Origin: Bryobacterales bacterium
GTDB lineage: Bacteria; Acidobacteriota; Terriglobia; Bryobacterales; UBA6623
Direction: 5' to 3'
DNA: 64,000 nucleotides
Assembly (NCBI GenBank): GCA_028819575.1
Contig: JAPPLB010000150.1
Coordinates: 8,683-72,682 of the forward strand
The notes beneath the pieces are model-generated. The model ran no database searches and was not told the origin of the DNA. It worked only from the letters and a program-made list of their open reading frames with translations. How positions within the stretch are numbered: position 1 is the stretch's first letter; the number at the start of each line of letters is the position of its first letter. A program made the translations under genes and the position numbers. This document shows positions 45,111 through 54,936 of this stretch, one piece after another.

Positions 45111-46883
45111 ATGCCTGAGACCTTGGCCCGATTGTTTCGCCATGCCGTGTCCTATGACAAGCCGGACATGATTCTTACGAAGATTGAAGGGGCCTACGGG
45201 CCGATCGCTGCCAGCGAAGTGTACCGCCGTGTGGCAAGGACCCACTTCGAGTTACGGAACGCGGGCATCGCTGCGGGGGATCGTTGTGCCCTGCTTTCGG
45301 AAAATCGTTGGGAATGGGCGGTGACCGATTTCGCCATGATGACCGCGGGCGTGGTCAGCGTGCCGATCTATCCCACGCTGCCAGCACAGCAGATCCACTA
45401 TCTGCTGCAGCACTCGGAGTCGCGCGTGATCTTCGTTTCTACCGAGGAGCAGCTCGAGAAGATCCTGAGTATTTGGGATGACCTCCCCGCGTTGGAGGGC
45501 GTGGTCATCTTCGATTCCTATGACACGGATGACGAGCGAATCACGGCCCTGGCGACCCTTTTGGGCGAGAAACCCCTGTCCGAGGATGAGCGCGAGGATT
45601 TTGAGCAAGCGATAAGCGCCGTACAACCGCAGGACCTGGCGAGCATCATCTACACGTCGGGCACGACGGGAACGCCGAAGGGAGTGATGCTCACGCACAG
45701 CAACTTCGGCAGCAATGTGCGCGACAACGGACTCAATGTCAGCCAGGACGACGTTGCCCTTTCGTTCCTGCCGCTGTCGCATGTGGCGGAGCGCATGGCG
45801 GACTACGCGTTTTTCCAGGACGGTGCGACGGTGGCTTATGCCGAGTCGATCGAAGCCGTGCCTCAGAACCTGCTGGAAGTCAAACCGACCGTTGCCGTGG
45901 GCGTGCCGCGGTTTTTCGAGAAGGTTCATGACAAGGTTCAGGCTGCGGTGTCTGCTGCTCCCGCGGTTCGACGCGGACTGTTCCACTGGGCGATCGGTAC
46001 AGGGAAGGCGTCGGCTCCCTATCGCCTCAAGAACGAGCCCATGCCGCTGGGTCTCCGTTTGAAGTCAGGGTTGGCCGACCGGCTGGTCTTCGCGAAGCTC
46101 AGAGGGCGGCTCGGCGGGCGCATTCGCTTTTTCATGTCGGGTGCGGCTCCCCTTCCGCTGCACGTTGCTGAATTTTTCTACGCCGTCGGGATCAAGATCT
46201 GCGAAGCCTATGGACTGACCGAGACGTCACCCGTCGTCTCTTTGAATTACCCGGACAGTCTGCGGTTCGGAACCGTAGGAAGGGTGATCAAGAACGTCGA
46301 GGTGAAGATCGCCGACGACGGCGAGATCCTGGTGCGCGGCCCCAACGTCATGCGCGGCTATTACAAGGATGAAGAGAGAACCGCCGAGGTAATTCGCGAC
46401 GGCTGGTTCCACACCGGCGACATCGGCAAGATCGACGAGGACGGCTACCTCAGCATCACCGATCGCAAGAAGGACCTCTTCAAGACGTCCGGCGGTAAGT
46501 ATGTGGCGCCCCAGCCGATTGAGAATCAGATCAAGACCAGCAGTTATGTGTCCACTGCCGTTGTCGTTGCGGAGGGACGGAACTTTCCGAGCGCTCTGAT
46601 CGTGCCCGACTTCGAGAAGTTGCAGCAATATGCGGAGCAGCAGGGTATCGATGTGGCGGACCGGGGAACGTTGGTGCGGCACGCCGGGATTGTGAGCATG
46701 ATCGAGAATGAAGTGGACTCGGCATGCCAGGGACTGGCGCGGCACGAGCGGGTCAAGAAGGTGGCGCTGCTCGAAGAAGAGTTTTCCATCGACAAGGGGG
46801 AGATCACTCCCACGATGAAAGTGCGCCGCCGGGAAGTCGAGAAGCTTTACGCGGACCGTATCGAGGAAATCTATTCTTCCTGA
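45111..46883 (+). CDS. long-chain-fatty-acid--CoA ligase (AMP-dependent synthetase)
   Basis: AMP-binding motif IIYTSGTTGTPKGV, TGDIGKIDEDGYLSITDRKKD, and the C-terminal GEITPTMKVRR. Confidence 0.9.
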   Translation: MPETLARLFRHAVSYDKPDMILTKIEGAYGPIAASEVYRRVARTHFELRNAGIAAGDRCALLSENRWEWAVTDFAMMTAGVVSVPIYPTLPAQQIHYLLQHSESRVIFVSTEEQLEKILSIWDDLPALEGVVIFDSYDTDDERITALATLLGEKPLSEDEREDFEQAISAVQPQDLASIIYTSGTTGTPKGVMLTHSNFGSNVRDNGLNVSQDDVALSFLPLSHVAERMADYAFFQDGATVAYAESIEAVPQNLLEVKPTVAVGVPRFFEKVHDKVQAAVSAAPAVRRGLFHWAIGTGKASAPYRLKNEPMPLGLRLKSGLADRLVFAKLRGRLGGRIRFFMSGAAPLPLHVAEFFYAVGIKICEAYGLTETSPVVSLNYPDSLRFGTVGRVIKNVEVKIADDGEILVRGPNVMRGYYKDEERTAEVIRDGWFHTGDIGKIDEDGYLSITDRKKDLFKTSGGKYVAPQPIENQIKTSSYVSTAVVVAEGRNFPSALIVPDFEKLQQYAEQQGIDVADRGTLVRHAGIVSMIENEVDSACQGLARHERVKKVALLEEEFSIDKGEITPTMKVRRREVEKLYADRIEEIYSS

Positions 46884-46961
46884 CCGCGGAAGCATCACCG
46901 CAAGCACCCTGGGAACACGGGCTGCGAAGAAAAAACTCGCCCGCATCCCCGCCGTCGGTCC

Positions 46962-49268
46962 TCAGCGCTTGGGCCAGTCGAGGTGGCGATGCAGGAAATC
47001 GAAGCTGCCCTCGGCGTTGATCTCGTGGGGTCCGAGAAAGAATTCGATCTCGGTCCTGTCCGCTATGCCTAGTTCCGCGTAGTGTTGGCGCACCTTTGCA
47101 TACTCATAGGCGACCCACTCGTCGGGAGCTACGCCGTCATGGTGGCCGCGTTCGACCATGAACGGACGGGGCGCCATCATCTTGGCGAGGTCGCTGTAGT
47201 TGAAGGTGTTGCCCAGGTTGAACTCGAACATCTCGTACTCGCCCGTGAAGACGTAGCTGTAGCGGTGCGCGTCGCTGGTGTTCTTCCAGATCCATTCGTT
47301 GAAGTCCGCCGAGCAGATGGAAAGGGCGTATTTCTTGAGCAGGGGCGGCACCCTCACCGCCGTCTTTCCCCCATAGGAGAGGCCGTAGAAAGCGATCTGT
47401 TTCCGATTGACAAACGGTAACGTCTCCAGCCATTCCAGGATGCGGTCATGCTGGCCCAGAATGAAGGAGAAGAGCGACACCCCCAGGGGGTTGGCCTTGC
47501 GTTGCAGGACGCGGAAGTCATCACGGCCGATGTAGGGGTTCTGCGGCGCGAATACGATAAAGCCTCGATCGGCCAGGCGCGCGCCGTAGTGGTGGTAGGG
47601 TCCCTTGATCGCGGAATCGACCAGCATCCGGGGTCTGCCCTCGAGTCCGTGTTGGGTGACGACGACGGGGCGCTGTTCGCCGGGCTTGAGGTCATTCGGC
47701 AGGAGCAGGATGCCATAGGCAAAGACTTCAGGCCAGACGGGCAGGACCACTTGGTAGCCTTTCCATGCCGCAGTCTCGTACGTGAGCCGGGTGTAGGCTT
47801 CGAGCGGTTCGGAGGGGTCGGGCAGGCGTCCGATCACCTCTTCCCAGAGAACCTTTCGGTACTCGTCGGCGCTTTGCTCCCAGTCAGCGACCGTGGCGCG
47901 CTCCGCTTTGGCCCAGAATCGCTTGCGCGTGAACTCGGACTTCCGGACCAGCGCCTGCGTATGGTCGACAAGCTCGTCGAACTGCCGCCGGAGACGCCGG
48001 GAAGGATCGAAGGCGCGGCGTTGCTCGCTGGGCGTCGAGGGGTTCTCGCCAACGGTGCTTGAGGTGTCGAAGAGGGAAACGAACGCTTGCAGGGTCGCTC
48101 CGGCCCCCGGGTCATGACCGTTGCCGGGTTGGAATTGAAGATGGTCCTCCGCGCCCAACCGGGCAAAGGTGGGTCGGGCTCGGTCTATCTCGGCCCGGAC
48201 CTCGGATGCAGAAGGTGACGGGATCCGGCCCGGAGCCGCTCCGCTCCGCGTCGGGGTGACGGGCGGCGGCCCGCTGATCGGAGGTGTGGGCGCTGCTTCG
48301 ATCACCAGGCGGCGCGGCGCGATGAGACGCGCGATCTCCGCATCGCCATACCGTTCCAGCAGCCGCCAGACATTGCGGTAGATGGGTTCGCTCCAGAGCC
48401 CCTCGCGCGGGCCGAAGTAGCCGCTGACGAGACTCGCGTCGATGCGGGTGTCGATGGCGGCGCTATAAAGGGCGAGCAGGCCGCCCTCGCCGTATCCGGC
48501 AACCCCGACCTTCGCGTCAGGGTCCTCTGCCTTGATGGCGTCGACCGCCGCAAGCACCTTCTGGACTTCGTAGCCGATGATGTGACGTCCCATCTCGAAC
48601 GCCATGCTGTAGATGAACTCGCGATGCGGCTGATTGGTGTAGCGGATGCGCGGGTGTCCTGACCAGTCGTCGGCGCGGTCGATAAGCGTGGGAACGATGA
48701 CGCGCAGGCCCGATTCGGCGAGCAGGCGCGGGTATTGGGCGGCTTTGGCGACACCCGGGGCCAGTCCCACGGCCGCCTCGGGCGGCACGTCCGCATCAGG
48801 CAGGGCGATGACGTGTCCGCGCGGTCTTCCCGTGGGCTGGAGCAGAAGCCCCTCCCCGTGAACGCCGGAAAATACGGGCCAACGGATCGTATGAATTTCA
48901 TACGCGGATGTCTTCGCGGCCAGCGAAGGTTGACGAGTCGTGCCGGCAAGCTCGAATCCGTCGCTCGGCAGTCGATCATCGACGGCGCCGATGATGCGTC
49001 GAAAATGCTCCCGGTTGGCCGCTACGGAAGTTTCGTACGCTTCCGGAGAAGAATAGTCGGAGTTCCAGTGCAGCCGGCGCTGGGATGCCAGGAACTCCGT
49101 CGCAACCGTCAGATAGCGGTTGATGCCCGAGACCATGCGGGCCGCGAGATCGCCCTCCCATTCGAGAGGCCGTGTGCCGTCCAGCGGTTGAGCCTCGAGG
49201 CGGCAAACCGGACTAAGCGGCAGAGTGAGCGCGAAAAACAAGCAGGCAAAAGGAGTTGAACGGGACAT
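46962..49268 (-). CDS. secreted protein with two alpha/beta-hydrolase-like halves (C-terminal half carries the GLSYG nucleophile elbow)
   Basis: Signal peptide. N-terminal half has GYGEGG with no Ser. C-terminal half has IAFYGLSYGGKTA (GxSxG). Confidence 0.6.
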   Translation of the reverse strand: MSRSTPFACLFFALTLPLSPVCRLEAQPLDGTRPLEWEGDLAARMVSGINRYLTVATEFLASQRRLHWNSDYSSPEAYETSVAANREHFRRIIGAVDDRLPSDGFELAGTTRQPSLAAKTSAYEIHTIRWPVFSGVHGEGLLLQPTGRPRGHVIALPDADVPPEAAVGLAPGVAKAAQYPRLLAESGLRVIVPTLIDRADDWSGHPRIRYTNQPHREFIYSMAFEMGRHIIGYEVQKVLAAVDAIKAEDPDAKVGVAGYGEGGLLALYSAAIDTRIDASLVSGYFGPREGLWSEPIYRNVWRLLERYGDAEIARLIAPRRLVIEAAPTPPISGPPPVTPTRSGAAPGRIPSPSASEVRAEIDRARPTFARLGAEDHLQFQPGNGHDPGAGATLQAFVSLFDTSSTVGENPSTPSEQRRAFDPSRRLRRQFDELVDHTQALVRKSEFTRKRFWAKAERATVADWEQSADEYRKVLWEEVIGRLPDPSEPLEAYTRLTYETAAWKGYQVVLPVWPEVFAYGILLLPNDLKPGEQRPVVVTQHGLEGRPRMLVDSAIKGPYHHYGARLADRGFIVFAPQNPYIGRDDFRVLQRKANPLGVSLFSFILGQHDRILEWLETLPFVNRKQIAFYGLSYGGKTAVRVPPLLKKYALSICSADFNEWIWKNTSDAHRYSYVFTGEYEMFEFNLGNTFNYSDLAKMMAPRPFMVERGHHDGVAPDEWVAYEYAKVRQHYAELGIADRTEIEFFLGPHEINAEGSFDFLHRHLDWPKR

Positions 49269-49398
49269 GGAAACAGCCCCCTGTCGTCGAACACGAGAAG
49301 ACCGGACACTCCCGGCGTGGAAGCGATCCAGGGGAAGTCTGATTATCGAAGACGATAGACCGGAAAGTCGAGTGGACGGGTTCGCCGTGCGGCCCCTC

Positions 49399-49620
49399 TG
49401 AGCCTGCCTTTCTCACCACGCGGCGAGGCACAGTCCGTGCGGGTCACGAATCAGCGCTTTCCAGGCTTTCACTAGCTACTAGCCACTGCCTTTAAGGTTT
49501 TTACGAAACACGGGACACGAATCACGGCTTTTACGCAAGCAGCTTTGGAGCAACGGCCGTACCGCCTGCTTGGTTTTGGGGTCACGAATCACGAGACACG
49601 AAACACGAATCATGGCTTTT
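49399..49620. repeat. MITE-like element copy with an intact left TIR and a truncated right end
   Basis: GAGCCTGCCTTTCTCACCAC..., the TCACTAGCTACTAGCCACTG module and two heptad arrays. It ends abruptly at the AT-rich vapB promoter. Confidence 0.8.
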
Positions 49621-49634
49621 ATACTTTTATAAGG

Positions 49635-49660
49635 TAGAATAACTGGTCATATTGACCGGT
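49635..49660 (+). promoter_or_regulatory. putative vapBC promoter -10 (TAGAAT) and palindromic operator ACTGGTCATATTGACCGGT
   Basis: A 7/8 inverted repeat lies 14 nt upstream of the AGGAG RBS. Type II antitoxins commonly autoregulate through such palindromes. Confidence 0.4.
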
Positions 49661-49673
49661 TTAGGAGTGCAAT

Positions 49674-49925
49674 ATGCGTGAAGTACGAACTACCGAGGCC
49701 AAGTCGCGCCTGGCGGAACTCCTGCGGGCGGTCGAGTACGGCGAGACGTTTGCAATCACCCGCCACGGCAGGCCGATTGCGCATCTGGTTCCGGCAAGCG
49801 ACCAGCGTAAAGCGTCACAGAAAGAAGCGGTGGAGCGCTTCCGAGCCCACCGTCGGCAGTGGCGCTGCATTGGGATGACGCCCGAGGAGATCCTCGCGTC
49901 GATTCACGAAGGACGTCGCTGGTGA
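49674..49925 (+). CDS. vapB: Phd/YefM-type antitoxin (VapB partner)
   Basis: MREVRTTEAKSRLAELLRAVEYGETFAITRHGRPIAHLVP is the canonical Phd/YefM N-terminus. Its stop overlaps the toxin's GTG. Confidence 0.88.
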   Translation: MREVRTTEAKSRLAELLRAVEYGETFAITRHGRPIAHLVPASDQRKASQKEAVERFRAHRRQWRCIGMTPEEILASIHEGRRW

Positions 49926-50341
49926 GCCGTTTCGTGCTCGACGCATCCGTCGCGTCGGCGTGGCTCTTTGACGACGAAAACGATCCGCGGTCGAACGAGG
50001 CGTTAGCGCGCCTTGAAAGTGAAGTGGCGCTGGTGCCGCAGTTTTGGCACATCGAAGTCAGGAGCGCACTGCTCGGCGCAGAACGCCGAGGCCGCATACG
50101 AGTGGATGAAGTCGGCGAACGATTGCGCAGGCTGGGTGAGTTGCCGATCAGGACGGACATGGAACCGGACTTCAGAGTCGCTTTTACGCTGGCCCGAACA
50201 CATGGACTTTCCATGTACGATGCGGTGTATCTGGAGTTGGCTCAACGGTCGGGGGCGCCTCTTGCGACACTGGACCAGGCGCTGGCGCGCGCAGCCGTTG
50301 CTGCGGGGCGTCAGTTGATTGAGCCGCTCACCGAGCTGTGA
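49922..50341 (+). CDS. vapC: PIN-domain ribonuclease toxin VapC
   Basis: VLDASVASAWLFDDE...YDAVYLELAQRSGAPLATLD carries the PIN acidic residues. GTGA overlap with the antitoxin. Confidence 0.88.
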   Translation: MSRFVLDASVASAWLFDDENDPRSNEALARLESEVALVPQFWHIEVRSALLGAERRGRIRVDEVGERLRRLGELPIRTDMEPDFRVAFTLARTHGLSMYDAVYLELAQRSGAPLATLDQALARAAVAAGRQLIEPLTEL

Positions 50342-50427
50342 GGGTTCATGACTCCGAAGACAGCCGGGCAGGACGAGTCGAACCTTGCGAAGAACCCCGC
50401 AATCGATCTGTTGAAAGCTCTCGGCTA

Positions 50428-50748
50428 CTCCCACGTGCCGCAGGACGAGGCGCGAGCCGGGCGGCGAAAAAAGGCGCGAGCAGTGTACTGGCCGTATCGC
50501 CTCATTCGGCCCTCGGGTTACGAGACACGCCACACGGCCTTTACGGTTCATCGGCCGTCAGACATTTCTTCGGGAGCGAACCAAGCCTCACCGAATGCCT
50601 TTCACGAGACACGAAACACGAGTCACGAATCACGGCTTTTATGCTTTTCACGAATCACGAGACACGAAACACGAATCACGGCTTTTTTTCGAATCACGGC
50701 CTTTTTCCCGCGTGCTTCGATCGTCGGGTGGTGAGAAATGCAGCTTAG
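50428..50748. mobile_element. full-length mosaic MITE-like element (321 bp) with an eroded left TIR and an intact right TIR
   Basis: Contains module A, module S, two heptad arrays and ...CGTCGGGTGGTGAGAAATGCAGCTTAG. Confidence 0.8.
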
Positions 50749-50795
50749 AGGCAACGCAAGCGAGAAGCCGCCCGATGCCGCTGCGGCGAACGAAG

Positions 50796-52850
50796 TCAGA
50801 CGGCTACGAGCGGCGCGATGACCAGGGCGACGATGGACATCAGCTTGATCAGGATGTTCATCGAGGGGCCTGAGGTGTCTTTGAACGGGTCGCCGACGGT
50901 GTCGCCGACGACGGTTGCCTTGTGAGCTTCGCCGCCCTTCTGCTCGCCCGCTACTTCGCCCTTCTCGATGGCCTTCTTGGCGTTGTCCCAGGCGCCTCCG
51001 GCGTTGGCCATGAAGAGCGCCAGCAGCACGCCGGCGACGGTGGCTCCGGCGAGCATGCCGCCGAGAGCTTCCGGGCCCAGCAGGTAGCCGACGGTGACCG
51101 GAGCGCTGACGGCGATGACTCCGGGCACGACCATTTCTTTCAGCGCGGCCGCCGTGGCGATGTCGACGCAGCGGGCGGCGTCGGGCTTGACGCCGGGCTC
51201 GCCGGCCAGCAGCCCCTTGATTTCGCGGAACTGCCGCCGAATTTCTTCCACCATCAGACTGGCTGCGCGGCCGACGCTTGTCATCGTTTGCGCCGCGATG
51301 ATGAATGGCAGCGTGCCGCCGATCAGTAGCCCGATCACGACGCGGGCATCGTTGATCTGGATGACGACCGCTTCGAGACCCTGGCTGAGGCGGACGGCGT
51401 CCACAGCCTGAGTGTAGGCGGAGAAGAGCGCCAGGGCGGCGAGGGCGGCGGAGCCGATCGCGAAACCCTTGCCCATGGCCGCTGTGGTGTTGCCCAGCGA
51501 ATCGAGCTCGTCGGTGATGGCGCGCACGTCGGGTCCGAGACCGGCCATCTCCGAGATGCCGCCGGCATTGTCGGCAATCGGGCCATACGCATCGACGCTC
51601 ATCGTGATGCCCACCGTCGCCAGCATGCCGACCGCCGCAATGCCTATTCCATACAGGCCGGCTACCTCATGTGCGAGGTAAATCGCGAGACAGATCATGA
51701 ACACGGGGAAGGCGCAGCTCCGGAAGCCGACGGCCAGACCCTGAATGATGTTGGGGGCGGCGCCGGTTTTGGAAGCTTCCGCAATATCCCGGATCGGCCC
51801 CATCGACGTGTAGTACTCGGTGATAAAGCCGATTGCGACGCCGGCCACCGTGCCGGCCAGGACGGCCCAGAACACGGATTGGCTCACTCCGACCGCGCCA
51901 ACCGCGGCGTAGCCGCCCGCGAGGAAGAGCAGGGCGGCGAGCCAGGCGGAATAGCGGAGAGCGGATGCCGGCCCCATGCTCTTGAGAACCTGGATCGAGA
52001 GGATGCCGAGCAGGGACGCAATCGTACCCACTGCCGCCAGCACGAGCGGCAGCGACATCAAGCCCGCGCGGACCGCCTCGGCGCTGTTGCCCGCGGCTAG
52101 CAGTTGCAGTCCTTCGGTGGACAGCGTGGCGGCGATGGCCAGGGTGGCGATCATCGACCCTACGTAGGATTCGAAGATATCGGCGCCCATGCCGGCGACG
52201 TCGCCGACGTTGTCGCCGACGTTGTCGGCGATGACACCGGGATTGCGAGGATCGTCTTCCGGGATGCCCGCTTCGACCTTGCCCACCAGGTCGCTGCCGA
52301 CGTCAGCGGCCTTGGTGTAGATGCCTCCGCCCACGCGGGCGAACAAGGCGATGGAGCTCGCTCCCATCGCGAATCCGTTGATGTAGACGGCCTCTTCCAC
52401 GCCGGAGAAGACTTGCGCGAAGATCCCGACGCCAAGCAGGCCAAGCCCGGCTACCGCGAGGCCCATCACCGATCCGCCGCCGAATGCGACGAGCAGCGCG
52501 GCGTCCGTACCCTCGGCTCGCGCGGCTTCGCTGGTGCGCGAGTTGGCCTTGGTGGCCGCTTTCATTCCGACGAAACCGGCGACCACGGAGAAGATCGCTC
52601 CCGAGATGAAGCAGATGGCGGTTTCGACGCTGAGCTTCCAGGCCAGCAGCGCGGCGACAATGACGACGAAGACGCCCAGAATGCGGTATTCGCGATAGAG
52701 GAACGCCATCGCGCCGCGATGGATCAGTTCGGAGATTTCCCGCATGCGCTCATTGCCGGGCGAGCGTTTGCCGACCATGATGAAGAGCAACAGAGCGCAT
52801 AAGAGCCCGAGCAAACCGATATACGGAGTGAGTGCAAGAAGATCGTTCAT
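50796..52850 (-). CDS. hppA: membrane-bound proton/sodium-translocating pyrophosphatase
   Basis: ...[18 protein letters not shown]..., ...DNAGGISEM... and ...[23 protein letters not shown]... are H+-PPase signatures. About 16 TM helices. Confidence 0.95.
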   Translation of the reverse strand: MNDLLALTPYIGLLGLLCALLLFIMVGKRSPGNERMREISELIHRGAMAFLYREYRILGVFVVIVAALLAWKLSVETAICFISGAIFSVVAGFVGMKAATKANSRTSEAARAEGTDAALLVAFGGGSVMGLAVAGLGLLGVGIFAQVFSGVEEAVYINGFAMGASSIALFARVGGGIYTKAADVGSDLVGKVEAGIPEDDPRNPGVIADNVGDNVGDVAGMGADIFESYVGSMIATLAIAATLSTEGLQLLAAGNSAEAVRAGLMSLPLVLAAVGTIASLLGILSIQVLKSMGPASALRYSAWLAALLFLAGGYAAVGAVGVSQSVFWAVLAGTVAGVAIGFITEYYTSMGPIRDIAEASKTGAAPNIIQGLAVGFRSCAFPVFMICLAIYLAHEVAGLYGIGIAAVGMLATVGITMSVDAYGPIADNAGGISEMAGLGPDVRAITDELDSLGNTTAAMGKGFAIGSAALAALALFSAYTQAVDAVRLSQGLEAVVIQINDARVVIGLLIGGTLPFIIAAQTMTSVGRAASLMVEEIRRQFREIKGLLAGEPGVKPDAARCVDIATAAALKEMVVPGVIAVSAPVTVGYLLGPEALGGMLAGATVAGVLLALFMANAGGAWDNAKKAIEKGEVAGEQKGGEAHKATVVGDTVGDPFKDTSGPSMNILIKLMSIVALVIAPLVAV

Positions 52851-53137
52851 TTTCCGAGATAAGACAGAACTGACAATATGGGGCGGGGGACCCCTGCCTG
52901 ATACCTTCTACCGGCGGTCCGGGAAGACCGCAATGGGAATTCTCAGCGTAACATGCATTCGTCAAGGATGGCTACGGCGGCGGCGTTGCATGTCGGCGTA
53001 ATGTGAAAAGTTCGTCCTGCGAGCCGGACAGGACGTTCCCCTTCATCTGACCTGAAACATCCTGTTGATCAAGCCGGGTTGACACTCATCCGGATGTTTC
53101 CTGTCTGAATGCTCCGCCCAGGAGCGGAGAAAAAAAC

Positions 53138-53212
53138 GGCCCGTCAGACATTTCTTCTGGAGCGAACCAAGCCCCACCAAATGCATTTCACGAAACACGA
53201 GTCACGAAACGC
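53138..53212. repeat. solo module S plus heptads of the MITE-like family
   Basis: GGCCCGTCAGACATTTCTTCTGGAGCGAACCAAGCC...TTTCACGAAACACGAGTCACGAAAC. Confidence 0.7.
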
Positions 53213-53229
53213 AAACGTTGCATATGGGC

Positions 53230-53253
53230 ACTGAAGCCCTTCAGTCTTTTTTT
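53230..53253 (+). terminator. intrinsic-terminator-like hairpin plus T7 run (ACTGAAGCCCTTCAGTCTTTTTTT) in an intergenic region
   Basis: A 6-bp stem, a 4-nt loop and seven consecutive T. There is no protein gene upstream on the + strand. Confidence 0.4.
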
Positions 53254-53752
53254 GCCGCCCGGCTTGCTTAGCATGAAGATCATGGCTCGTGATCAAGGCC
53301 TGGATTCGTTCCCTGCGAGCGCCTGCGAAGCAAAAATCCTTCCCGCTTCAGATCGTCTTGTTCGGGCGCGTTCCCTGCAAAGATTTCCCACGATTTCCCG
53401 GCATTTCCCAGGTACCCCCCCGCATCAAGTGCCCCTGATGTGAAACAAAGTTCCGGGCGCACCTGTCAATGGCAATCGAAAACTGCACACTTTTTGGAGA
53501 GACGTCGCTGGCGGCATTGATGTTCTTCCGTTGAGGCCCAACCCGAAACGCGGCGTGAAGCTGGGGGGCGGCGCCCTCCGGGCTTCTACCGCTGCGGCGG
53601 ACTCGAAATGAACCCATGCTGAGAATGGAGAACGTTCTTTATTGCGTTGACATGGACATGACGGTGCGCTGATATCGGCCTCCGGCGCGAACCGCTTCAG
53701 CCCGCCGACCAAGCATGGGCGGATACGGCCAAGAAGTTGATATCGTAAGCGT

Positions 53753-53885
53753 TCAGCCTGCTTTTCTCACCAAGGGGCGAGGCGAAGTGCGTGAGAGGGC
53801 CGTCAGGACGAGGCGCGCGGCGCAAGCCAGCGCAAGTTCCGAGGTTTTCACGAAACACGAGACACGAAACACGAGACACGGCCTT
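53753..53885. repeat. MITE-like element copy (left TIR, module A, heptads) abutting the start codon of the kinase-deaminase gene
   Basis: TCAGCCTGCTTTTCTCACCAAGGGGCGAGGCGAAGTGCGTGAGAGGGCCGTCAGGACGAGGCG...CACGAAACACGAGACACGAAACACGAGACACGG. Confidence 0.8.
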
Positions 53886-54887
53886 ATGATCATCGGCCTG
53901 ACAGGCGCCAACGGCGCGGGAAAAACAGTTACCGCCGACCACCTCAAGGCGAAAGGATTTCGCTTCTACTCGCTTTCAGACGAGATTCAAGAGGAGCTGA
54001 GACGGCTAGGCCGGCCGGCGACGCGCGAGAACCTGATCGAAATGGGAAATCGGTTGCGGGTTGAGTTCGGCTCCGCCGTGCTGGCCGAGCGTGTGAAGGC
54101 GAAGCTTCGCCCGGATCAGAACTATGTGATTGACTCGATTCGGAACCCGTCTGAGGTCGCGGCCCTGCGGGCGAACGGCGATTTTCATCTGTTGCGCGTG
54201 GACGCGCCTCCGGAAGTTCGCTACGAGCGTGTGGTCAATCGCGGCGGCGACCGCAAGCCTGTCTCTCGAGAGGAGTTCGTCGAGCAGGAGCGGCGCGAGA
54301 TGGAAAGCGACGACCCCACGCGGCAGCAACTGCGGGCCTGCTTCGAGCTGGCTGACGAAACGGTCATGAATGACTCGTCACCGACCTCGTTGAAGCAAAG
54401 CATCGATGAAATCGTCACAGGCTGGTTGATGAAGGCTCGGCGGCCTGGCTGGGACGAGTATTTCATGGAAATCGCGCGGATCGCGGCCCTTCGTAGCAAC
54501 TGCATGAAACGCAAGGTGGCCGCTGTGATCGTCAAGGACCGGCGGATCATTTCAACCGGCTACAACGGCACGCCGCGGGGAGTGAAAAACTGCAACGAGG
54601 GCGGCTGCCCGCGCTGCAACTCGCTTGCCGATAGTGGTACAGGCCTGGGCGAGTGCTTGTGTTCTCACGCAGAGGAGAACGCAATCGTCCAAGCGGCCTA
54701 CCATGGGATCGGCGTCAAGGATTCGACGCTCTACACAACCTATTCGCCGTGCCTGATCTGCACCAAGATGATCATCAACGCGGGGATCTACGAGGTGGTC
54801 TTCAGCCGGGAATATCCTCTTGGTGATGTAGCACTGGAGCTTCTGGAGGAAGCGGGGGTCAAGCTCAAGCGGCTACAGTTGGATTGA
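53886..54887 (+). CDS. fusion of an N-terminal P-loop nucleotide-kinase-like domain and a C-terminal dCMP/cytidine deaminase (ComEB-type) domain
   Basis: Walker A GLTGANGAGKT. Deaminase zinc motifs CSHAEENAI and PCLICTKMI. The start is set at ATG 53886, because the upstream part of the ORF is MITE sequence. Confidence 0.85.
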   Translation: MIIGLTGANGAGKTVTADHLKAKGFRFYSLSDEIQEELRRLGRPATRENLIEMGNRLRVEFGSAVLAERVKAKLRPDQNYVIDSIRNPSEVAALRANGDFHLLRVDAPPEVRYERVVNRGGDRKPVSREEFVEQERREMESDDPTRQQLRACFELADETVMNDSSPTSLKQSIDEIVTGWLMKARRPGWDEYFMEIARIAALRSNCMKRKVAAVIVKDRRIISTGYNGTPRGVKNCNEGGCPRCNSLADSGTGLGECLCSHAEENAIVQAAYHGIGVKDSTLYTTYSPCLICTKMIINAGIYEVVFSREYPLGDVALELLEEAGVKLKRLQLD

Positions 54888-54936
54888 GAACGGCGAATCG
54901 AGTTTTCGGAGGCGTCTCGGTGTCAACAGTCGCTGC

